Positions 52,560-62,934 of a DNA stretch of 64,000 nt are shown in pieces. A model generated the notes under the pieces. The model saw only the letters and a list, made by a program, of their open reading frames with translations, searched no databases and was not told the origin of the DNA. The position numbers were made by a program, and so were the translations under genes. Each line of letters begins with the position of its first letter. Position 1 is the stretch's first letter. Source of the DNA: an uncultured cyanobacterium (GTDB lineage Bacteria; Cyanobacteriota; Cyanobacteriia; Cyanobacteriales; CAWCAG01). The stretch is from NCBI GenBank assembly GCA_963793425.1, contig CAWCAG010000007.1:352001-416000 (forward strand), written 5' to 3'.

Positions 52560-53159
52560 ATGAATAATGAAGTGGTTAATTCTCAATTTATACAAATTAA
52601 AGGGACAAAAATTCATTACCTGGAAACAGGAGAAACAGACGCGCCGCCTATATTATTTTTACATGGAGCCAGTTTTCGCGCTCAAACTTGGCAGGATCTT
52701 GGTAGTTTGCAACTTGTAGCGGAAAAAGGATATCGGGGGGTTGCTTTGGATTTACCAGGATATGGTGAATCAGGGGTTTTATCGGGTTCCCGTGAAGAAT
52801 TTTTATTACAGTTTATTGAAGCCTTGAACCTCAAGTTACCTATAGTTATTTCCCCTTCGATGAGTGGTGGTTACAGTTTGCCTTTTTTGGTTAACCACCC
52901 CCAAAAGCTACGAGGTTTCGTTCCTGTGGCCCCTGTGGGAATTTCTCGTTATGGGGAACAACTTAAAGGTATAGAAGTACCAACTTTGGCGATTTGGGGT
53001 AGTAATGACCGGATTGTACCAGTTGCTCAAGCAGATTTTTTGGTGGAAGTTTTGGTTAATAGCAAGAAGTTAGTTTTACAAAATGCAGGCCATGCTTGTT
53101 ATATGCGGGCGACGGCAGAATTTCATCAGCATTTACTGGATTTTATTGCTACTTGCTGA
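52560..53159 (+). CDS. Alpha/beta hydrolase, ABHD14B-like
   Basis: LFLHG, ALDLPGYG, ISPSMSG nucleophile elbow, AGHACY. Confidence 0.88.
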   Translation: MNNEVVNSQFIQIKGTKIHYLETGETDAPPILFLHGASFRAQTWQDLGSLQLVAEKGYRGVALDLPGYGESGVLSGSREEFLLQFIEALNLKLPIVISPSMSGGYSLPFLVNHPQKLRGFVPVAPVGISRYGEQLKGIEVPTLAIWGSNDRIVPVAQADFLVEVLVNSKKLVLQNAGHACYMRATAEFHQHLLDFIATC

Positions 53160-53205
53160 AATGATAAATGATATATATATCTGATTAAGATAGCTAATTT
53201 TATCC

Positions 53206-53586
53206 ATGCTTAAGGAAATACTCCCTTTTCAAGTTGATTTAAATACAGTGGCGATCGCAGGTACTTGTTTATGGTCTTTGGCGCTGTACCTGGCTTTTGC
53301 GACAATGAGGGAGTGGATTACTCTGCAATTGGAACGCTGGTTTAATTTTGCTGAGCGATCGCTGTATACTTCAGCAGAGGAGTTTGAAAGAACTCGCCGG
53401 GCCAGAGAGTCACAAAATGCTTTTTACGCTTCTTTGTTTAGTATTTTGCCTTTTTTTGTATTGGGATGTCTGTTTAACTTTGGTGTGGAATGGAGTTTAG
53501 GCCCCAGTTGGGCTGTGAGTATGGGAATTTTGGCTTGTATGGGTTGTGGGGTTTATGAGTTAGGGCGCAGAGACGCGGAACAATGA
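53206..53586 (+). CDS. Conserved cyanobacterial membrane protein
   Basis: LWSLALY, RESQNAFYAS, GVYELGR; 2-3 TMs. Confidence 0.75.
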   Translation: MLKEILPFQVDLNTVAIAGTCLWSLALYLAFATMREWITLQLERWFNFAERSLYTSAEEFERTRRARESQNAFYASLFSILPFFVLGCLFNFGVEWSLGPSWAVSMGILACMGCGVYELGRRDAEQ

Positions 53587-53622
53587 GCAATGTAGCGACC
53601 TGTTTTCGTGGTATTTTCGCCC

Positions 53623-54820
53623 TTTTAATTAATCTGTGGGTAGAGTTAGTTTTATTGGGGGATTGACCCCCCAAACCCCCCAGCAGGGAAACAACTGTTT
53701 CCCTACAACCCTTCGTAACCGCTTCGCTCTTCGTGGTTATGTTTGGCTGGCTAATTTTGGGTTGTTGATCCTTGTTTTAATTAATCTGTGGGTAGAGTTA
53801 GTTTTATTGGGGGATTGACCCCCCAAACCCCCCAGCAGGGAAACAACTGTTTCCCTACAACCCTTCGTAACCGCTTCGCTCTTCGTGGTTATGTTTGGCT
53901 GGCTAATTTTGGGTTGTTAATCCTTGTTTTAATTAATCTGTGGGTAGAGTTAGTTTTATTGGGGGATTGACCCCCCAAACCCCCCAGCAGGGAAACAACT
54001 GTTTCCCTACAACCCTTCGTAACCGCTTCGCTCTTCGTGGTTATGTTTGGCTGGCTAATTTTGGGTTGTTAATCCTTGTTTTAATTAATCTGTGGGTAGA
54101 GTTAGTTTTATTGGGGGATTGACCCCCCAAACCCCCCAGCAGGGAAACAACTGTTTCCCTACAACCCTTCGTAACCGCTTCGCTCTTCGTGGTTATGTTT
54201 GGCTGGCTAATTTTGGGTTGTTAATCCTTGTTTTAATTAATCTGTGGGTAGAGTTAGTTTTATTGGGGGATTGACCCCCCAAACCCCCCAGCAGGGAAAC
54301 AACTGTTTCCCTACAACCCTTCGTAACCGCTTCGCTCTTCGTGGTTATGTTTGGCTGGCTAATTTTGGGTTGTTAATCCTTGTTTTAATTAATCTGTGGG
54401 TAGAGTTAGTTTTATTGGGGGATTGACCCCCCAAACCCCCCAGCAGGGAAACAACTGTTTCCCTACAACCCTTCGTAACCGCTTCGCTCTTGGTTGGTTA
54501 TGTTTGGCTGGCTAATTTTGGGTTGTTAATCCTTGTTTTAATTAATCTGTGGGTAGAGTTAGTTTTATTGGGGGATTGACCCCCCAAACCCCCCAGCAGG
54601 GAAACAACTGTTTCCCTACAACCCTTCGTAACCGCTTCGCTCTTGGTTGGTTATGTTTGGCTGGCTAATTTTGGGTTGTTAATCCTTGTTTTAATTAATC
54701 TGTGGGTAGCAATTAGTTTTATTGGGGGATTGACCCCCCAAACCCCCCAGCAAGGAAACAACTGTTTCCCTACAACCCTTCGTAACCGCTTCGCTCTTGG
54801 TTGGTTATGTTTGGCTGGCT
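53623..54820. repeat. Tandem array of 8 near-identical 152/153-bp units (last unit partial)
   Basis: Units start at 53623, 53775, 53927, 54079, 54231, 54383, 54536 and 54689; no variable spacers. Confidence 0.97.
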
Positions 54821-54954
54821 GATTCCAGGTTGCTCTGTTGTTGGAAGTAGACAGCAGTAGTAGAGCGTAGGGAGTATGGGGAGTAGGGTTTGAGAACTTT
54901 ATTCCTAGATTCTATAAGGGTACTAAAGTACCCGGGTTTGGCATCGTATTAGGG

Positions 54955-57096
54955 TTATTGTTTTTTAACAATGGGGCCGAAATCAGCTAGGATTCTGGCG
55001 TGATTGCGTAATAAGCATAAGAGGTTGAGGCGGTTTTCTTTTACCTTTTCGTCTTCTGCCATCACTAAGACGCTATCTTCGCCATCAAAAAAGCTGCTTA
55101 CAGTGGGAGTAATTTTCGCTAATTCATCTACTAATAGTTGATAATTGCGCTGTTGTTGAGAAGCTTGGGTTTTGGGTACTAGTTGTACTAAAGCATTATA
55201 AAAGTTTTGCTCAGAATTCTTTTCAAATAATTCAACATTTACTACTTCTGAGGGTTGCAATTGTTGAGTGTTTAGTTTTCCTTTAAACGCTAAACGAGTT
55301 GAACGGTTGACTGTTTCATAAATTATATCTAGAGTTTTGTTGTTGCGAATTTCCTGGAGAAATAAGGCGCGATCGCGAACATCTAATAAATCTTTTAAAG
55401 CTCGATTTTTATATTCTGGATCGTTTTCTCCTAAGATAGCATTAACTAAGTCATAATTAATATTTAAGTCGTTTTGTAACAGGGTTTGAATACGTTGAAT
55501 AAAAAACTCTTGTAGGGATTCTAAAGGAGATTCAGATTCAGTAAAGGTAGCGACAAATTTATCAGAAAACTGCTTTAATAAAGCGGCTAAATCAATAGTT
55601 AAATTAGCACTCCAAATAATATTAATTATGGCATTAGCAGCCCGCCGCAAAGCGAAAGGATCTGTTGAACCTGTGGGTATCATCCCTAAACCAAAGATAC
55701 TTACCAAACTATCTAAACGGTCGGCAATACCAACTACTTGCCCGGTTAAGGATTGGGGTAATTTATCATCGGCCCCTCGTGGTAAATAATGCTCAGAAAT
55801 TCCTTGGGCTACAACTTCTTTTTCGCCACTAACTAAAGCATATTTTTCTCCCATAATTCCTTCAAGTTCAGGAAGTTCATAAACCATTTGCGTCATAAGA
55901 TCCCCTTTAGCTAAAAAGGCGGTACGTTGAATATCTTCAACATCGGTTGGGCTAAGGTTTAGTTGAGTTGCGATCGCAGCAGCAATAGCTTGAAAACGTT
56001 CTACTTTTTCTTTTACCGTACCTAACTTTTCTTGAAAAGTCATGGTTTCTAGTTGAGGTACATAATCAGCTAAAGGTTTGGCTAAATCTGCTTGATAGAA
56101 AAACTGGGCATCCGCTAATCTAGCCCGAATCACTCGACCATTTCCTGCTGCAATAATTTTTGCTTTCGCGGGGTCGCCATTAGAAATAGTAATAAAGTTA
56201 GGTAATAAGTTTTTGTTGCTATCCTGAACAGGAAAATAACGCTGATGAGTTACCATAACTGTGGTGATAACTTCAGCGGGCAATTCGAGAAATTCTGCTT
56301 CAAAATCTCCAACCACCGCAGTAGGATATTCGACTAAGTTAGTTACTTCTGCTAATAACTCAGGATAAATTTCGGCACTACCAGAAATATCTTTGGCTAC
56401 CTTGTTAATATCTTCTTCAATAAACTTTTTACGTTCAACTTGGTCAACTTGAATAAAAGCCGATTTTAAGGATTCTAAATAAACTTTTGCTTGGGGAATA
56501 GTAGTAAATTCAGGATGCAAAACTCGATGTCCGGGCGAGATGCGATCGCTGGTTAAAGTTGTTTCACCGTTGACTAATTCTAGGGGTAAAACTTCTGTGT
56601 CCAATAGGGCAACCAACCAGCGAATGGGGCGAGGAAAACGCAAGTCTCCATTTCCCCAACGCATAAACCGCTTGCCTTCTAAACCATTAATCCAATTAGG
56701 AATTAAATCAGGCAAAATTTCTGTGGTTAACTGCCCAGGAATCTGCTTTTGGACAAAAACAAATTCTCCTTTTTCCGTGGGACGAATTGATAAGCTATCT
56801 AAATCAACTCCCTGTTTCTTGGCAAAACCGGCTGCTGCTTTAGTGGGCTTCCCTTCCTTAAAGGCTACCTGTGCCGGAGGCCCTTTAATTTCTTCTTCTC
56901 TATCTGGTTGCTTTTCCGGCAAGCCTTCAATGACCACCGCCAGCCGACGAGGAGTGCCATATACTTCTATACTTTCAGGAGTTAAGAAGGCATCTTGCAA
57001 ACTTTTCGGTAGGGAATTTTGCCATTGTTGAATGGCGCTATCAACAAAATCTGCGGGTAATTCTTCTGTACCGACTTCTAAAACAAAGGTTGGCAT
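54955..57096 (-). CDS. glyS: Glycine--tRNA ligase beta subunit
   Basis: [32 protein letters not shown]. Confidence 0.97.
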   Translation of the reverse strand: MPTFVLEVGTEELPADFVDSAIQQWQNSLPKSLQDAFLTPESIEVYGTPRRLAVVIEGLPEKQPDREEEIKGPPAQVAFKEGKPTKAAAGFAKKQGVDLDSLSIRPTEKGEFVFVQKQIPGQLTTEILPDLIPNWINGLEGKRFMRWGNGDLRFPRPIRWLVALLDTEVLPLELVNGETTLTSDRISPGHRVLHPEFTTIPQAKVYLESLKSAFIQVDQVERKKFIEEDINKVAKDISGSAEIYPELLAEVTNLVEYPTAVVGDFEAEFLELPAEVITTVMVTHQRYFPVQDSNKNLLPNFITISNGDPAKAKIIAAGNGRVIRARLADAQFFYQADLAKPLADYVPQLETMTFQEKLGTVKEKVERFQAIAAAIATQLNLSPTDVEDIQRTAFLAKGDLMTQMVYELPELEGIMGEKYALVSGEKEVVAQGISEHYLPRGADDKLPQSLTGQVVGIADRLDSLVSIFGLGMIPTGSTDPFALRRAANAIINIIWSANLTIDLAALLKQFSDKFVATFTESESPLESLQEFFIQRIQTLLQNDLNINYDLVNAILGENDPEYKNRALKDLLDVRDRALFLQEIRNNKTLDIIYETVNRSTRLAFKGKLNTQQLQPSEVVNVELFEKNSEQNFYNALVQLVPKTQASQQQRNYQLLVDELAKITPTVSSFFDGEDSVLVMAEDEKVKENRLNLLCLLRNHARILADFGPIVKKQ

Positions 57097-57271
57097 AAAT
57101 ATTTGTTATTTATTATGAAACATTTATTATTTTAGCTTCCGGCAAGGGCAAATAGGTAATAGGTAATAGGCAATCGTGACAAGTTAAGCCAAAACGCAAT
57201 CTGTTAAGGTCTTTAGCAGGGGTAAGGGAGAGAGGGCGAGGAGAGGTTTTTGTTGTTTCTTATCTGTAGTT

Positions 57272-57400
57272 CGTAGGGTGTCGTTAGCTGCAAGCGTAAC
57301 GCACCATCTTGAAGTGAAAAAGCTAAGACGGTGCGTTAAGCGCTGAATCAAGATTGTGGTAGACTTGCCATGATTTTTCGCAGCGCCAACACACCCTACG
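57272..57400. repeat. GTAG-type REP doublet (REPIN-like)
   Basis: CGTAGGGTG..TAACGCACC...GGTGCGTTA...CACCCTACG. Confidence 0.7.
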
Positions 57401-57491
57401 TTGTTGAATCTAACCACAGGGGTTTGAGCATTTTATTCTCTCCGTTTTTAAAAAGACTTCTATTAACCGGATTTGGTATTACTTATTGCTT

Positions 57492-57523
57492 AAAAAAAGA
57501 AGCCCCGCTTAGTAGCAGGGCTT
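57492..57523 (-). terminator. Intrinsic terminator of the porin gene
   Basis: AAGCCCcGCT..AGCaGGGCTT hairpin followed by a T-run on the minus strand. Confidence 0.7.
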
Positions 57524-57557
57524 TATTCAACTAACAGAAATGAAAGATTTCAGTTGC

Positions 57558-59309
57558 TTAGAATGTGAAGGTAGTTCTTAAAGTACCGATCCAAGCGTCA
57601 TCTGCTTCGCTATTTTGATTAGGATTGGTGATCCAAATTACCCCAGGAGTAACAGAGATGTTGTCGTTAACTTGGTACTTGTAGAATGCTTCAACAGTGT
57701 AAGGAACATCATCTAGTGCAACACCTCCGTCCATAGCAACAGCACCAGTTGGATCTAAGATGCTATAAGGTTGTGCGCCACCGAAGATACCTAAAATACT
57801 CCCTTCTTTACCTAAGTCATTGAAAGCAACACCAGCACCGTAACTCCAGCTTTCTGTATCTCCCTGTTGGAGAGAAATAACGTCTGTGTAAACACCAAAG
57901 CCACTGATAGAGATTTTCTCAGTTAGGCGGAAAGCAGCTTCAAGCCCGTAGGAGTTAGTTACAGCAGCACTTACTGGGGAGGTAATATGGGGAAGATTCG
58001 CGGGGCCAGTACCAACAACACCACTAGCACCAACTCCGCCAAGATTGTAAATTGCACTACCATTGTTATGGAAACCGTGTACATAGGTAGCACCAAGACC
58101 AATGCGATCACCTAAGTTAAAGTTAATCTGTCCTAATGCTGCATAGTCACCCTCGAATAAGCCTTCTCCAGCAGAAGGATCTGAGGCATTACCAGCTAGG
58201 TAGCCGAAAGTAACAGTACTTGGTCCTAAGACACTTTCTAAAAGACCAACACCGAGGCTAACAGCAGCACCGCTACCACCGCCAATACGATAAATCGGGT
58301 TCTCAGAGGCGAAAGCAGTTAAAGCACCATTACCACCGTCGTAGTCTTCAAAGTAAGGGTTCAAGGTGGGAGCAATATCACTCCAAATACCACCAAAAGC
58401 AGCCACATAAACTTGAGAAGCGCCAAATGGGAAGTAGTAAGCCAACCAGTCTACTGATACGTTGTTCCCACCGCCTCCACCGATATCGAAAGTTTGGGTG
58501 GCTTCAGCACTATTAGTACCAGTATTAAATGCAGTAGAGTTACCGAAAGCAAGACGGGTAATTAAGCTATCTTCTCCGGTAAAGCTGGTATCTAAGGTTA
58601 AACGACCCCTATCTACGAAAACTGTGTTGTTTTCAGTGGCAGTACCAAACTCATCGGTAACAGCAAAGATAACTTCACCGCGTAACTTGGTAGTGGTAGA
58701 GAATTGATGGTCTTCTACGAAAGCAACACGACCTTCGAGATCGTCAACCCTTGCACCTAATACAGCAAGTTCAGCTTCAAATTCTTGTACCAAGCGGCGT
58801 AGAGTGGCTAAACCTTCAGCGTCTACACTACCGATATTCTCTTCTACCCATTCCATACAACGGCTAACTGCTGCTGCGAATTCGTAGCGGGTAATATTTC
58901 TTTGTCCTTTGAAAGTTCCGTCGGGATAGCCAACAATACAACCGTACTTGTCAACCATTTTTTGTACAGCACTGAACCAGAAAGGATCGATATCAGAAAG
59001 CTGATTAACGCTGGTTACTTGGTCGAGAGCATTGCTGTCGCCGCTGTATTCGTTGATTTGGTTGATAATTTCGCTGTTGTCAGCTTGGGCAACAGGAGTT
59101 TCTTCAGGAACTGCAAAATTTAGTTCAGGGGCTGCTTCTGTTGTCGCAGAAGCTTCTAACTCAGAAGACTCTTCTACAGAGACTTCAGCGACCGTATCAT
59201 CCAATTGATTCACAGGAACTTGGTTTCCTGCGGCGTTAGCAGAAGAAGCTAAGACAACGCCTAAGATGGCTGGGCTAACCAGCAATGATTTCCAGAGTAA
59301 TTTAGACAT
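57558..59309 (-). CDS. SLH-domain outer membrane porin (SomA/OprB-type cyanobacterial porin)
   Basis: Signal peptide; YGCIVGYPDGTF..TRYEFAA SLH; QFSTTTKL; terminal RTTFTF; ATG at 59309. Confidence 0.93.
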   Translation of the reverse strand: MSKLLWKSLLVSPAILGVVLASSANAAGNQVPVNQLDDTVAEVSVEESSELEASATTEAAPELNFAVPEETPVAQADNSEIINQINEYSGDSNALDQVTSVNQLSDIDPFWFSAVQKMVDKYGCIVGYPDGTFKGQRNITRYEFAAAVSRCMEWVEENIGSVDAEGLATLRRLVQEFEAELAVLGARVDDLEGRVAFVEDHQFSTTTKLRGEVIFAVTDEFGTATENNTVFVDRGRLTLDTSFTGEDSLITRLAFGNSTAFNTGTNSAEATQTFDIGGGGGNNVSVDWLAYYFPFGASQVYVAAFGGIWSDIAPTLNPYFEDYDGGNGALTAFASENPIYRIGGGSGAAVSLGVGLLESVLGPSTVTFGYLAGNASDPSAGEGLFEGDYAALGQINFNLGDRIGLGATYVHGFHNNGSAIYNLGGVGASGVVGTGPANLPHITSPVSAAVTNSYGLEAAFRLTEKISISGFGVYTDVISLQQGDTESWSYGAGVAFNDLGKEGSILGIFGGAQPYSILDPTGAVAMDGGVALDDVPYTVEAFYKYQVNDNISVTPGVIWITNPNQNSEADDAWIGTLRTTFTF

Positions 59310-59319
59310 AGTTAATTTT

Positions 59320-59328
59320 TCCTCACAC
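59320..59328 (-). promoter_or_regulatory. Predicted Yfr1 sRNA target site over the porin RBS
   Basis: mRNA GUGUGAGGA is complementary to the Yfr1 motif ACUCCUCACAC. Confidence 0.6.
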
Positions 59329-59716
59329 CTCTTGACTTGTAGAGTTACATCCTCACTCTTAAACATATGATACACCGCTAATGCTAAACAAGTAACTCAA
59401 GTAGTTTATGCTAGGTTTTTTAGTTTGGTGTATAAACCAGCCCTAGATTTTCCTAGACAGCCTCTGTGCTTATGGGGTTCCCATGGTTCTAAAAAAGTTT
59501 TTTAGAAGGGAGCCGCCAATTTTAAGCTAAAGCTAAGTATACTCATATCACAAGTTTAGTATGCACTGCCAAAAGTTAGAGTTCCCTTTTTTTTGAAGAT
59601 GGGGGGATGGGGAGATGGGGAGATGGGGAAGTAAATTGAAACTTATCTTTACCAAAATGGTTGATGATGGGGTCAATAATAAATTGATTAAGGTCTTGAA
59701 GAAAAGAACGCAAACT

Positions 59717-60016
59717 ATGGAGCAAGAAAGCAAAACCAGAGATCAAAAACATCCCCAAGAAAGTCGCGATCGCTTTATTGTTAATCGCTTATTGAACGGG
59801 GAAGCTAATGATTACTATTTAACCGAATTAGCTAGATTGTCCATCCGCTATAAGAATTTTCCCGGTGCTAGGGATATTCAAAGCGATTTAACCAAGGTAT
59901 TACAAAACTGGCAACTAACGGAAGAAGAACTTTTCGCTAAAACCCGCGAAATTCACGCTCTTGGTAAAGTGTACCAAAAAGGTCACTCAGAAGAAGATAG
60001 AGAAGATTGGAGTTGA
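59717..60016 (+). CDS. DUF3288 family protein
   Basis: DQKHPQ, ELARL.IRY..FPGARDIQ, C-terminal EDWS. Confidence 0.75.
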   Translation: MEQESKTRDQKHPQESRDRFIVNRLLNGEANDYYLTELARLSIRYKNFPGARDIQSDLTKVLQNWQLTEEELFAKTREIHALGKVYQKGHSEEDREDWS

Positions 60017-60117
60017 TATTAGTGGCTAGTGGCTAGTGGCTAGTGGCTAATAGTCTCTCCCCTACTCCCCGCTCCCCACAGATAAGTTATGCCACTCAGC
60101 AGGTTTTGTTGTTAATC

Positions 60118-60304
60118 AAAAAAAGAGACATCCCCACAGAATGTCTCTTGTTATTCAGCACATAGATTAGACAGGAAACTCGAAAAATTTAAAGTTTGTA
60201 TACTATCAATGTATTAAAATTAGATGTTGCAAATTCCCCTGATGACTTGGGAGTTAAACAAAACTTTAAGCAGTCAACTTAAAGCTTTTACGCTTGTCTC
60301 ACAG
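60118..60304 (-). ncRNA. Candidate small RNA (about 185 nt)
   Basis: CATAAT -10-like box, 5' hairpin, strong intrinsic terminator at 60118-60149, no ORF. Confidence 0.35.
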
Positions 60305-60380
60305 TTACTATTATGTTGTTTTATCCTTTGGTTAACTGTGAGAATAGTCTTGATATAAAGTGATTTTTAGGAGAAATGTT

Positions 60381-60396
60381 TGTGACCTTAATCACA
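60381..60396. promoter_or_regulatory. CRP (SyCRP1-type) binding site
   Basis: Perfect TGTGA-N6-TCACA (TGTGACCTTAATCACA), intergenic. Confidence 0.65.
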
Positions 60397-60475
60397 ATAT
60401 TTTGCTAGTATTTTTCTGACAGTTACTACTAACTGAAATTACTTAGCCAAATCCCAGGAAAACTTTATTTTTTAT

Positions 60476-61441
60476 CTATAAATTTCTCAGAACAGCTAAT
60501 ACCCTGAAATAATCTTCCATCTGACTTTGAGCCAAAAAGAGTCTTGCTGCTTGGCGCAAATCTTCATTAGCCTGAGAAAAGTTGCCTATTTCCCGGTGTA
60601 ATAGCCCTCTGTTGCCGTAAGCGATGGCTAAGTTGGGGTTGAGTTTGATAGCTTCGGTATAATCTTGGATAGCAGCGAAATACTCTCCTTGACTATCTAA
60701 GGCAATCCCTCGATTGTAATAGGTAAGAGCATCTTTTGGATCAAGAGCAAGAGCCATTTCATAATCAACAATCGCCTCATCATAAGCTCCCATTTGCCGC
60801 AAGACAATACCTCGATGGCGATAAATTTCTGCTGATTGAGGATTAAGCTTTTGTAATTGGTTGAAGTCTTCTAAGGCAAGTTGGTTATTGCCTAATTGAC
60901 TATACAGTAAGCCTCGGTTTAAATAAGCTTGAACATATCCAGGTTGCAAAGAAATAGCGATAGTATAGTCTGCGATCGCCCCAGAAAAATCGGCTAACTT
61001 TTCTTTGGTTTCGCCACGATAATTATAAGCAGAAGGGTTTTCTGCTTCAAGTTCTAAGCCGCGATCATAATCTGAAAGGGCTTGCTGATAACTTTGCAAC
61101 TCTGCATAAACCAAACCCCGATTAACATAAAAGTCTGCTTGATTGCTGTCGAGTTGAATTGATTGGTTAAAATCAGTGAAAGCCCCTCCACTATCTCCCA
61201 ATTTATATCTTGCCAAACCTCGGTTATAGTAAGCTGTGGCTAATTGCGGAGATAAATTAATCACATTACTAAAATCTGCGATCGCCCCTCCATAATCTCC
61301 CTCAGCATATTTTTCTTGCCCTCTTTCTAGGAGGTTGAGAGTATTTCTACTAACAATATTTGCTGTTGTTTGCGCTTCAACTAGAGGCGAATGTAACCCC
61401 AGTAAAGCAATAGTTACACCCAAATAAATAATTGGCTTCAT
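60476..61441 (-). CDS. Exported TPR repeat protein
   Basis: Signal peptide; about 8 AYYNRG-type TPR repeats. Confidence 0.9.
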   Translation of the reverse strand: MKPIIYLGVTIALLGLHSPLVEAQTTANIVSRNTLNLLERGQEKYAEGDYGGAIADFSNVINLSPQLATAYYNRGLARYKLGDSGGAFTDFNQSIQLDSNQADFYVNRGLVYAELQSYQQALSDYDRGLELEAENPSAYNYRGETKEKLADFSGAIADYTIAISLQPGYVQAYLNRGLLYSQLGNNQLALEDFNQLQKLNPQSAEIYRHRGIVLRQMGAYDEAIVDYEMALALDPKDALTYYNRGIALDSQGEYFAAIQDYTEAIKLNPNLAIAYGNRGLLHREIGNFSQANEDLRQAARLFLAQSQMEDYFRVLAVLRNL

Positions 61442-61525
61442 AAAATAGATTGCAGCTTAAAGGTTTGAGTTTATTGTTCCCAAAACAGCGTCGGCTTTTG
61501 ATATTTATCCGGATAGAATATTATC

Positions 61526-62198
61526 TCAAAAGATTTTTTTAATAATTAAATATTGAAAATTGATATTTTTTCTAAAAGATAGCTTCTCTTCCCTACTAAA
61601 AATTATCCTTTTCAAAGAAGGTAGGTAATTAATAAATTCTTCGGGAAAGCGTAATGATATCGAACCATAATCATATTCAACAACAGGCATTTTATTAAGA
61701 TGATTTTTTATACAACTCAAAAGTCTAGTAATAGAACTATATCTAGTTTGATCTGCTATAACAATTATGCTGTCAGTTGGCATATAGTTAAAAATGTATC
61801 CTAGATTAGCCGGCACATAGTTAGGACTTCTTGATAACTCATTTAAACAATTTTGAAATACGAATATGTCGCTCTTCCTAATCGCACCTTCAATTAACCC
61901 AGAAGCATTTCGAGAACAAAAATCTAATTCTTGATGACTTAAGTTAAATTTGTTAAATTGCCAGTATTCAGGGAGAATATGTCTTTCCGTAATTTCTTGA
62001 CTAAATCTCCAGGTCTTTGAATTCAAATCATAGGTTTCAATTTCTAAGTTAGTAACCTTGGGAAAATTCTTCTTAAGAGTACGTTGCTAAACCAACCGCT
62101 TCTGTAGTTGGGCCGCTACCGAAAAAACAGGCTTTCACTTCTGAATTTTCAAAAGGTAGATAATCTTTTTCCAACTTCTCTAAAACTTGTAGATTCAT
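61526..62198 (-). pseudogene. Frameshifted/truncated class I SAM-dependent methyltransferase-like gene
   Basis: Upstream frame MNLQVL..ACFFGSGPTTEAVGL (motif I) joins LKKNF..TYDLNS..DIFVFQNCLNE after an indel at about 62078; low GC. Confidence 0.55.
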
Positions 62199-62252
62199 AT
62201 AAGCATAGTGAGTTAAACAGAATTTGGTATCATTTGATGTTTCTATTAATCA

Positions 62253-62888
62253 TCAATTAATTTTTCTATAGGTTAAGTTAATCCTCCGACTAACTTCTTT
62301 AACGGTTTTAGGAACTTGATGCTGCCAGTCTTCTTGGGTATTTCCTTTCATAACCAACAAGCTACCATGACTTAGCTTGATATCAACTTTGTTTAGCTCT
62401 TTGTTATGTTTGTGTTTAAGAACAAAACGTCGAGTCCCACCAAAACTAACAGAAGCAATAACTGGCATATTTCCTAATTCTGTTTCATCATCACTATGCC
62501 AAGCAACCCCATCTTTACCGTCCCGGTAAAGATTGATTAAAACACTATTAAAACTAGCCTCAGCTAAATTTTCGATGCGAGATTTAATCTTCAACAAACT
62601 ATCTGTCCAAGGAGTAGGATTCATTTGAATTTTGGAGTAGGTATAAGACTTATTTGCATCTCCATACCAAGCCGTTAATCTCGGCAGAGGAATCGATTTA
62701 CCATACATTTTGATAAAATCTTGTCTCCATTGAATCTCTTCGTATAAAGTAGCGAACAAAGAGTCACTTTCTTCTTGACTAAAAAAGTGAGGAATAATCA
62801 AAACATCACCATCAGGTGCAGAAATTACTTGTTCTACTTGCACTTCTGTATTTTTGGGCTTATCAAGAAGGCTTAGTTGTTCATACAT
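62253..62888 (-). CDS. alkB: AlkB-family 2OG-Fe(II) dioxygenase (ALKBH2/3-like)
   Basis: PRLTAWYG, NLYRDGKD..WHSDDE, HQVPK, RINLTYR. Confidence 0.9.
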   Translation of the reverse strand: MYEQLSLLDKPKNTEVQVEQVISAPDGDVLIIPHFFSQEESDSLFATLYEEIQWRQDFIKMYGKSIPLPRLTAWYGDANKSYTYSKIQMNPTPWTDSLLKIKSRIENLAEASFNSVLINLYRDGKDGVAWHSDDETELGNMPVIASVSFGGTRRFVLKHKHNKELNKVDIKLSHGSLLVMKGNTQEDWQHQVPKTVKEVSRRINLTYRKIN

Positions 62889-62934
62889 GATATTTTTTAA
62901 CTATTATCTTTCTCAACTTATTACTTATTACTTA

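Larger units (their letters stand above)
254..61285. repeat. Dispersed HIP1 octamers GCGATCGC (about 30 copies by eye)
   Basis: First copy at 254-261, last at 61278-61285, many in between; classic cyanobacterial signature. Confidence 0.9.

Noticed and set aside
53636..54426. Five identical 60-aa hydrophobic ORFs (type I toxin-like?) and a 9-aa MFGWLILGC ORF per unit
   Set aside because: By-products of the repeat: 152 is not a multiple of 3, the ORFs overlap, starts are GTG without an RBS, the frame is broken in units 6-8, and T-rich DNA yields hydrophobic codons
53623..54820. CRISPR array
   Set aside because: Units are near-identical along their full length, there are no unique spacers, and the window has no cas genes
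56540..57031. 163-aa ORF antisense to glyS, and the many other 60-125 aa ORFs nested in or antisense to called genes
   Set aside because: Shadow ORFs of well-supported genes with no recognisable motifs
57184..57417. 77-aa ORF between glyS and the porin gene
   Set aside because: Spans the REP-like element and has no coding features
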